A stretch of DNA of 64,000 bases. Origin: Octopus vulgaris (lineage: Eukaryota). The notes below the pieces were generated by a model. That model was not told the DNA's origin. It saw only the letters and a program-made list of their open reading frames with translations, and did not search any database. The DNA is taken from positions 67,208,001 to 67,272,000 of the forward strand of contig OX597819.1 in assembly GCA_951406725.2 (NCBI GenBank), written 5' to 3'. Made by a program: the position numbers and the translations under genes. Positions 53,871-64,000 of this stretch are shown here, in pieces (within the stretch, counting starts at the first letter, position 1; each line of letters opens with the position of its first letter).

Positions 53871-55397
53871 AATGGTATTTATAATACAACTGAATAGACG
53901 GATCGTTAGAGATATTGAAGACGATGGTGACGAGTATGATGATGAATAATTTACTACGCTATCAGGTGTCCAATTGCATGTGTAAAATATATTCGTGTTC
54001 TTTAGAAACCGGTGTCGAAGACCATGTGGTCATACATGTCTTGCTGGAAACGAAGGCTTCGTATAATAACCTACGATTTCCTATCAATAATAACCTATCA
54101 ATTTCCTTTTATCCTTTATCGTTCACCAATTACTTGCTGTAATCATTAGGTTGCGGCCATGCTGGAGCACCACCATGAAGAATTATTTTCAGTGGGAAGA
54201 ATCGCCCCCAGTGCTAATTTTTTAAAAGCCTGATAGATATTTTATAGGTAGATCTTTGCCGAACCGCTAACATACAAGTACTTCAATCGATAAATACCGG
54301 TCTTCAATCGATAAAAGCACACACACAAACACAAACACAGACACACACAGAACAGAAACACAGACACAAACGGACACACAAAACACGCACACACAACACA
54401 CATAGTAATTTCAAATTCTCGAAGAAGGCTAGCAAGTTCCATCGACCGTACAACTGAACTGGTACTTATTTACTGAAACGATGATAGCCAATGCCGACCT
54501 CGGCCGAATTTGAACGGAGATTGTAAAGTCGGACGAAATGACGCAAATAATAATAAAAATAATAACCCTTTCTATTGGAGAAGGGGGCTAGTCGATTACA
54601 TCTACCCCAGTGTTTCACTTGGTTCTTAATTTATCGACCCTGAAAGTTTTGGCTCAAGGCCTGATATTTCGGGGGAGGGAGCAAACATATAAGATAATGA
54701 TGATGATGATGATAAGGAGGAGGAGGAGGAGGAGGAGGAGGAGGGGGATAACGATGTTGATGATGATAATCCTCTCCAATTTTGGCACAAGGCCAGAAAG
54801 TCTGAGGTGAATGCAGAACTGGTACTTCTCATATCAATCGCAAAAGATGATGATGATGATGATGACGACGACGACGACGACGATGATGATGATGATGATG
54901 GTAATAATGATAATGATAACAATTTTTGCAAGTTAAAGAAGATAATGAGAAATGCTATAACATAATGGAGAAAATATAATTCGGATATTATTTTAAAATA
55001 ATTTTTTGTATTTTATCAGTCTTGTATTGGCCAGTACAGTAGCACGCTTACTAATTAGTATTATTTAACATTAAATTTAATTAAATTATTTGATTATTTT
55101 CTATTGTGCATCCTCATAAACGATCTATAAACTCTTATCTTATCGTCTTCACTTCACAAAATTATTATTTCCATTTCAACAATGGAGATAACGGCTATGA
55201 AATATATAACGGATAATGAATTATTAAATAAATGAATATTTTAAATTCGCAGGTAGAGATGTTCAGTTAGGAAACTTGCTTTAGTACCACGTAGTTTCCG
55301 GTTCACCCCAACCGCATCATGAGCAAGTGGCTTCGTTTTAACTCCGGGCCGGGCAATGCCATGTAAGTGAAATTTGTAGACGGAATCTGAGTGGAAG

Positions 55398-55438
<41 letters not shown>

Positions 55439-55452
55439 GCATGTATGTATGA

Positions 55453-55558
<106 letters not shown>

Positions 55559-55664
55559 GTGTGTGTGTGCATATATATGGGTACAAGATCACAAAACGTA
55601 AACAATATGATATGCGAAGACAAATAACATAAAGACACATATATATGTTTTGTATGTACATATG

Positions 55665-55795
<131 letters not shown>

Positions 55796-56846
55796 GTAGA
55801 CATCGAACAATGAAAATGAGTGCACAACACAGTGTTGGTGGATATCATATCTTAAATTGTGATGTAAGGCTACCATCGGTTTCATGTTAAGAAATGAAGG
55901 AAAATGCCCTAGTGTATTAACAATTTTTCAAGCTGTTCATGTGAGACAAACATCGAAAATTTTCCGCGCAACATTAACTTCCTTTGATTCATTGATTCAT
56001 TGTTTTATTCACATGAATTTACGATAACCTGTGAGAATTTTACGGGAGTGTTTTCCAAATCGGATGTGAGAACCTATCTCCACGTGATCGGCCTGAAAAT
56101 TTGTTGAGACACTAGGTTAATTTCATCATCATCATCATCGTTGTCGTCGTCGTCGTTATCATCATCATTATCATCATCATCTTCAACATCATCATCATTA
56201 TCGTTATCGTGATCGTCGTCATGATCCTCATCAGAGTCAATATCAACAAGATCGAAATCATTATTTCGAGAATCATAACATTCATTATTGTCTTTATACT
56301 ACCATTGTCATTGAAATTTCTTTTTTTGCCATCTTTGTTCTATTGTTTATATTTTGAAATGATAAATAAATATAAATAGTAAAAACTAAAAGTCAGAATT
56401 TCAAAATATAATATTATTTTAAAGATAAACGAATGTATTTTCACCTTTTCACCTAATTCTTTTATTCAATAATATACGTGTCAATATGATTGTGTTAGTG
56501 TTTATATATGTTAATTATCACTGATATTGTTCATATAATTCTAAGACGAAGTTCTTAAATTATTTTCCTATGTACTTGTAAGAAACCACAAGTCGATTTT
56601 TGTTACGAGATATATTGAAATATACTTATATATATATATATATATATATATAGTTATCAGTAAATATTAAATCGGGAAATATCAAAGACGTTCACAAATT
56701 AAACCCCAAAACAAACATTACTTTAAGACGTTTGATGTTTTTCAATGATGTTAACATATTTATATTGAAAATAAATCCAGGATATATTTGATTAAACACA
56801 CACACAAACACACATACACACACACACACATACATACATGCATACA

Positions 56847-56890
<44 letters not shown>

Positions 56891-57129
56891 TTGTTATATT
56901 TCGGAATGGTCATATTGCCAGTTTAGCCAATAAAAACACACGCACTATATATTTGGTGTTATTTTGCTTCAGTGATATTTATTTTTTACATTAATCTTAA
57001 TCTTATTTCGGCCAAAGTTCTTTCGTCACACTCCTGTGACCGCATCAGTGGTCCTTTGTTTTCTTCTCACTTACTTGTGTCTCTCCTTACTAACCGTCAG
57101 CCATTTTGTATTTCTATTGTATTTCTATT

Positions 57130-58522
57130 GGACCAGAGCCATACGGAGCCCCGCAAATGTCCATCAGGTAAAGAAAATGATCGCACATGCACTAGGAGCT
57201 AGTATAAGAGTTACCCTAAAAGGCCACACATTTAAATTTAATAATAAAATATATGCCCAGGACGAGGGGGCAGCCATCGGTGATAGTATCGCTGGTGATG
57301 TGGCCAACCTCTTCATGGTATGGTGGGACAGAAGGCTTAAAGAATGCCTACTGCAGAAATCCATACTCGTAAACATGTACTCTCGCTATGTTGATGATAT
57401 CAATATAGTAGTAAAGGCACCTCCACAAGAGAGTAATGTTGATATAGTAATAGAAACTAATACTATGGAGAGCATCCAGCAAATAGCTAACTCCATCCAC
57501 CAGAGTATTAAGGTCACAATAGACTACCCCACTAAACACCCCAACCATAGACTACCAGTACTAGACACTGAACTCTGGCTAGAAATTGTGAAGAATAAAA
57601 CCCAAATCCTTCATTCATACTATGCAAAACCTATGGCCTCAAAATACCTGATCCACCGGAACTCAGCCATTGCGGGCAATGCCAAATTCAATATTTTGAT
57701 GGCAGACCTCGTCAGAATAATGAGAAATGTGTCACGCATGTGCGAGCCTACAGAATTAAAGAGACACATACAGTATTTCATTCACCGCATGCAGTTCTCA
57801 GGTTACAGCCATAAAGAAAGTATCAGAGTATACAAAGGAGCCATGAAGAAATTTGATAATATATTATGTAATGATAGGAATGGGGTTTGCCCACTCTATA
57901 GGAACAAGTCATGGAACACTATAGAAAGGACAAAAAGAAAATAGGGAAGGCCAACTCTTGGTATGATAGCCATAAATACCAGAGTGTCATGTTCGTTGAC
58001 ACCACCCCTGGAGGTGAACTGGCGTACCGCTTTAGAAGGACCCTAGATAAACTTAAACTAAGAATTAAGGTTGTTGAAAAGCCAGGCAACCCTATCAGAT
58101 CTATAATTGGTAGAACCTATCCTTTTAGTAGAACTCTCTGTACGGATAACTATTGCACTGTATGTAGATTTAGCCCACAAACAAACTGTAAATCCAGAAA
58201 TGTGGTCTATAGTATAAGATGTATAGAGGGACGATGCAGTAACAAGACAGTAACATACGTAGGGGAAACAGCAAGAAGCATTGGAGAGCGGGTGAATGAA
58301 CATTGGAGACAACTCAAGGAAGGTAAAAGCTCATCGATTCTGTACCAACACGCTGAACAAGAACACGGGGGATCAATCAATAACATAGAGATTAAGATAT
58401 TGTCCACACATAGAACAGATGAAACAATTAGACAAATTACAGAAGCTACACATATAATAGAAAATAAACCTAGCCTGAATAGAAAACTAGAATGGAGCAA
58501 TAGCACACACCACAACATATGA
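57130..58522 (+). pseudogene. PLE RT C-half plus GIY-YIG, one frameshift near 57935
   Basis: QDEGAAIGDSIAGDVANLFM, RYVDD, LPVLD and YYAKPMAS, then CTDNYCTVC..CKSRNVVYSIRC..TYVGETARS..ERVNEH..RQITEA..LNRKLEW. The frame switches in an A-rich run. Confidence 0.9.
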
Positions 58523-58642
58523 CGATAGTGGATCCTGCAAACATAATAAATACACAAATAATTAAAGAAATAGAAATGAATAACTATATATATGTATATG
58601 TGTATGTATATATATATATGTATGTGTGTATGTATGTGTGTA

Positions 58643-58701
<59 letters not shown>

Positions 58702-59019
58702 TTTTTAGAGTTTAGATTTATTATTATTATTAATATTGTTGTTATACATACATACAAGCATATGTAATGGTAATAATGGGTGGATGTAAACACATGAACA
58801 AAATTAGAACAAAAGCAACGACAACAAAAACAAAATACAAATTACAAGAATGTATGTAACCAGAAGATACAAATATTACAGGCATCCCCCCCACACACAC
58901 ACTAAATAAACATAGACGCACATAGAGATATAAGCATGCGCAAATGAAGACATACAATAGAAATACAAAATGGCTGACGGTTAGTAAGGAGAGACACAAG
59001 TAAGTGAGAAGAAAACAAA

Positions 59020-59064
59020 GGACCACTGATGCGGTCACAGGAGTGTGACGAAAGAACTTTGGCC
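59020..59064 (+). ncRNA. Hammerhead-like motif with a CUGAUGC (A9C) core; inverted copy at 57010-57054
   Basis: ggacca-CTGATGC-g-gtcac-aggagt-gtgac-GAA-AG-aa-CT-T-tggcc. Confidence 0.55.
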
Positions 59065-59712
59065 GAAATAAGATTAAGATTAATGTAAAAAATAAATATC
59101 ACTGAAGCAAAATAACACCAAATATATAGTGCGTGTGTTTTTATTGGCTAAACTGGCAATATGACCATTCCGAAATATAACAATATCTGTTTCAACACAC
59201 GACTTCACATAAAAAATCTTGCACAACAAATATTTAAACGTATATATAAATATATATATATAAATATATATATATATACATACTACATACATACATACAT
59301 ACATACATACATACATACATACATACATGCATACATACATACATACATATATACATATATTAATAGTATTGTTAGTTTGTGCGTAAAGTATTGAATTGTC
59401 AGAATCGTTTGCCACTCGGACGAAATCCTGGGCGGCATTTCTTTCGATTTACGATCTTAGTTTAAATGCTGTTGAGATTGACTTTTCTATTATCGTTCCG
59501 GTGTCGATAAAATAATTTCCATTTCAGAATTGAGATCGACGTAATCAATCAGCAACCCCAAAGTTCAGGCCTTGCGCCGATAATAGAAACGATTGTTAAT
59601 TTCCACATTGCAAATTATCTGCATGCATTTTAAAAATAATATACATATTTAACCTTATATAATTGTATATTAACATAAAGGTGTATAGTTTTTTTTTATG
59701 CGACTTTTCAAG

Positions 59713-59957
59713 CATAGCCAGGCTCATGGACTCCGTTTCCCTGTTTCTGTGGTGTATGTACCCCCCCCCAGCTGGACGGGACGCCAGTCTATCGCAGCTT
59801 TACAGGAAGAAAGAGTGAGAGAAAGTTGGGGCGAAAGAGTACAACAGGTTTCGCCAACCCACCCCCTGTCGGAGCCTCGTGGAGCTTTAGGTGTTTTCGC
59901 TTAATAAACACACACAACGCTCGGTCTGTGTATCGAAACTGTGATCCTCCGACCTCC
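59713..59957 (-). mobile_element. S1-related SINE, partial
   Basis: ggagcctcgtggagctttaggtgttttcgctt is the reverse complement of the S1 body. The tail differs from S1. Confidence 0.7.
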
Positions 59958-60782
59958 ACAAATGTGTATATTAGAGAAAACAATAAGTAATCGGATCGTA
60001 TATAATAGAACAGCACGGATATATATAAGATTAAAACGTGGTAATACTTATAAGTATGCATACGTACAAACATAGAAGCAGAATATTTAGGAACTAGTAA
60101 TTCCAGAAAAATTTGTAATTGTTTGTTTTGAAACTGAAAAAAAAAATGCTGCTTGTCGATCTACGGAGAACTATTAACCACACGCCATTCCTTATTACAT
60201 ACAAAGGCATGTAAAAAGATATTTAAGAAACACAGTCTAACCACGTAAATACAAATTAATCCACCTCCGACAGGAGATTAAAGCCGTCGCTGAAAGAAGA
60301 GAGTAGATTGCCTTCAGAGTGCTTCTTTCTCCGGCCGTGGACCTCAGATGAGAGCACTGAAGCATCTTGCAAAACTATATCTACAGATGATTTGCTTATA
60401 GTAATCAATTATTTGTGTTACCCAATTAGCTCACCTCCGCCAACATTCTACAACAGCATGATGTGACACGAAAAATTTAAAGCAACGTAAAAATCCAGAG
60501 GAACGTAAAATGAAGTGTTTTCCACAAAAGCATAAAACACACCACGTGATCTTGAGTGCAGAACCTCAAAACTATTGTCACAGCCGTGACATATCTTCGG
60601 ATAAGCTATTTTGGAAATATAATCTAACCGGATTAAACTCTGGCTAGACAAAAATTACAACTTTGTGTTACCTTGAGAAATAGCTCATGTTATATCAGCT
60701 TCTATCTAGAAAGAATCTCTAGTTTGTGAGATTTGGCGACGTTTTCTACCAAGTGAAGTATTTTAAAAGTTTCTTGGTGTAT

Positions 60783-61000
60783 TCGTAGGGGTGCTGAAAA
60801 GTTCCTGGCTTTGAGGATATCGCAAATAGCCCAAAATTCCGAGTTCTTTTACAGGGCTTAGAAAAACTGAAGGACTGCTTTCATAAGTGCCTAAATCTCA
60901 ATCTCAAAGCGGAATATGTTGAATACAATCATAATTAACTGATTCCCACCACCGTATTTTCTTTTACCGAAAACCCAAACATTTCAGGACACTTCGTATA
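60783..61000 (+). mobile_element. Mariner MITE
   Basis: Ends cgtaggggtgctgaaaagttcctgg / ccaaacatttcaggacacttcgta. The interior resembles a mariner transposase C-terminus (GL..KLKD.FHKCL..EYVE). Confidence 0.7.
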
Positions 61001-61233
61001 TATGTAGTTGCGTAGTTATCTGTAATCTGACACAATAAGGTGTTCCTTGAAAATCCGTTGTGAGTAAGCATCTCTAAGCATTTAGAAATTCCATTGCATG
61101 ACTCCAAACAACTATAATGGTGAAACGAGTGTAGAACCTTTAATAAAAGTCTATTTTATATTTGTTTTTCCTACATTTGCTCCGTTGCTTATAAATTGTA
61201 ATAATACTCTGTGTTATAGATTATTAATAGTTG

Positions 61234-61405
61234 TAGGCGTAGGAGTGGCTGTGTGGTAAGTAGCTTGCTTACCAACCACATTGTTCCGGGTTCAGTCCCA
61301 TTGCGTGGTACCCTGGACAAGTGTCTTCTATTATAGCCTCGGCCGAATAAAGCATTGTGAATGGATTTGGTAGACAGAAACTGAAAGAAGCCAGTCTTAT
61401 ATATG

Positions 61406-61446
<41 letters not shown>

Positions 61447-61646
61447 CTATGTTTGTTCCCCAACATCACTTGACAACCGGTGCTGGTGTGTTTACGCCCC
61501 CGTAAATTAGTGGTTCGGCAAAAGAGACCGATAGGATAAGTACTAGGCTTAGAGAGAATAAGTCCTGGGGTCGATTTGCTCGACTAAATGCGGTGCTCTA
61601 GCATGGCCGCAGTCAAATGACTGAAACAAGTAAAAGAGTAAAAGAG
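61234..61646 (+). mobile_element. SINE family S3, full length
   Basis: Head, CORE-like segment, internal microsatellite, and tail gcggtgctctagcatggccgcagtcaaatgactgaaac followed by (agtaaaag)n. Confidence 0.9.
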
Positions 61647-63315
61647 AGAGAGTATACAGAAAACAGACTGGATTATGTAAATATAAGAGTAACATTCACA
61701 CATCTACTTGTACACATTATATATAATGTGTGTGAGTGTGTGTATTTGTGTGTGTTGGGGGGTGAGTGTATGTTTTTATGGATGAATATGTGAACATATG
61801 TGTAAGCATATATATATATATATATATATACATACATTCATACGCACACATATATGAATGAATGATATTTACATTTGTTAATCCATCAAAAAACTTCTGT
61901 TACAGCCAATACTGAACGATAATATTCAACCCATGACAGTTTCATCATTTAGATATTGGTTGGAATTCAAAATTTCGCAATACGTACATTCAGATATTCT
62001 CAAGATGCAAGATCATTCCTTGTGCTGCAAATAGTTTCATGAAATAGAATTTCAAGGAAATTTCTTCTTATTGTTTACAACGAATTATTGTTTACAAAGG
62101 AATCAATGCATTACAATTTAATTTATGTAGGGATTAAATCAATGTAAGGATTAATACTTGTCATTCAAATGAACATATTCGCTACAGTTTACAATGCTGT
62201 TCATGTTAGATTCTCCACAGTATGTTTTTTAAAATGTATCGATATATAAATCCTGAAAGATATACAGAAATGACTATCTTTTAAGCAACAATATGATGTT
62301 GCAAAGATATACATCAATTTAGGGACAAATAATATATATTTGTAATCATATCACCATAAAATCACATCTACATAAACGTATGCATTAAATCCTGCAGCAT
62401 CCGTAACTCTTAATGAGTATACTCTACATGAATTGAAATACGTCTGTAGAAATATAACGATGGATCCATTCACGTTTCTACATGCATAGATAGATACATT
62501 AATGCACCCATACACATGCAATTGTGTGAATACATGTATGTATATATATTTATATATTATGTATGATATATAATTTATAGAAACACTTTATATATGTTAT
62601 ATATAACACATATATATGCATATACATATGCGTATGTGTGTATAGTTATGTGTTTAATTGAGTGTATGTGTGCGTGTGGTGTATGAATGTGTGAATATTT
62701 ATGTGTGTATATATGTTTTTTTTTTCAGGGAATTTATTTATATTTCTAAACGTCATTCAGATTTATAAATGAAATCGTTTGTAGTTTGCGATTATTGAAA
62801 AATAAAAGTAATGAAATTGAAAAATAACGTAAAATATTAAAAAAAACACAAATCACTTCCATGGATTTCTTACTGGAAGCCAAGGAAAATCAAAGTGCTT
62901 AATTGCGAAGATATCAAGAAATATAAATAAGAAATAAATACATATCAACAAACAAGGATTGTATATGATAAAGAATCGTGTGAATGTATCAATTTATGTG
63001 AATGCATAACTAGAAGAGGAACTGAAATAAAACGCTATGTGTAACGAAGCAAAATGATATGTGTATGTGTGTGTGAGCGTGTGTGTGCGCGCGTGCGGTT
63101 GGTTCTGTATATACTTACACGCAAATATATATATATATAGATGTACATATGTACATATATATATATCATGTGATCACGTGATACATATTTATATACTTCT
63201 ATATGTACATCTATATATGTATCAGGTGATCACGTGACACACATATATATATGTATGTATATACATGTATATATGTATATATATATACAAATATACACAC
63301 ACACACTCACACGCA

Positions 63316-63360
<45 letters not shown>

Positions 63361-63439
63361 GGTATGTGTGCAGAGGGAGCGAAAAATAAAACGTTTACTC
63401 TCGGCGCATTCAAGAGATGAACAATGTATAAAAATAAAG

Positions 63440-63494
<55 letters not shown>

Positions 63495-63740
63495 GACACC
63501 GGGGACGTTTAAGAGAGAAGACACCGGGGACGTTTAAGATGTAAGAAGGAAAATACAGAGCTCCGAAATCTATCCACAAACATCGAAAACAAGGACACCC
63601 TATGGAGCCAAAGATTTACTAACAAAGAATTGGACTATATCCGAGTAAGTAATACGAATTGAAATTTATTACTATTTTCGAAACGAAATGATGTATTTTG
63701 ACTCGATATTATCTCCACCTCTAACACAACACATGTAAAC

Positions 63741-64000
63741 ATGCGTGGAACAACACGATCATCCCCGACCTCAAACACCATGTACAAAGGAACTACGAAG
63801 AAATTAAATGCCACCGATACTATTCAACCCAAGAATAACAATCGAGCGGTACGTACATTAAACCTACAACAAAAAATGTACGAAAAACTACACGTGCGAA
63901 ATAATGTGACAACAGAAATAAACGGACCGGTACCCTATGAAAATGACGACCGTCAAAATAATGGGCCGGACGTTGTACCTCATGTCCCGCAATTAAAACC
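63741..64000 (+). CDS. ORF open to the window edge; possible N-terminus of a retroelement protein
   Basis: ATG at 63741 with no stop for 86 codons (MRGTTRSSPTSNTMYKGTTKKLNATD...). It is preceded by a 25 bp-period tandem at 63494-63539 directly after (AAT)n. No recognisable motif. Confidence 0.3.
   Translation, partial: MRGTTRSSPTSNTMYKGTTKKLNATDTIQPKNNNRAVRTLNLQQKMYEKLHVRNNVTTEINGPVPYENDDRQNNGPDVVPHVPQLK

Larger units (their letters stand above)
56889..59185 (+). mobile_element. 5'-truncated PLE of a second clade, with a 234 bp inverted terminus
   Basis: 56889-57122 is the reverse complement of 58952-59185. RT and GIY-YIG coding sequence lies between, and (TA)n flanks the left end. Confidence 0.92.

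Noticed and set aside
63165-63240. Two gtgatcacgtga E-box/CLEAR-like motifs
   Set aside because: They are embedded in simple repeat with no promoter evidence and may be a repeat remnant.

Overview
AT-rich, microsatellite-dense animal genomic DNA made up almost entirely of transposon-derived and intron-like sequence. The SINE types and simple-repeat load suggest an octopus or other cephalopod (inference, no search run). Most ORFs in the track are microsatellite artefacts. The main content is a young, apparently intact Neptune-type Penelope-like element (PLE; RT + GIY-YIG, 36029-40510) preceded by its own 2.1 kb 3' copy. There are two further PLE families (47760-48860, 56889-59185), an RLE-type LINE remnant, CR1/L2-like and Tx1-like LINE 3' ends, mariner and hAT derivatives, and four tRNA-derived SINE families. 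The most notable patterns are: (i) at least seven sequence families of minimal hammerhead-ribozyme-like motifs, several with non-canonical cores (A6U, G3-C8, A9C), many inside short fold-back elements; (ii) a tRNA-like Pol III promoter inside a PLE terminus just upstream of a hammerhead; (iii) a SINE carrying a Tx1-like LINE tail that repeatedly joins its own family at one fixed position; (iv) a foreign LINE 3' end in the slot where PLEs usually carry an inverted terminus. Host-gene evidence is limited to one candidate exon (44994-45216) and long AG-free tracts with possible microexons near 15.2-16.4 kb. All alignments and folds were done by eye.
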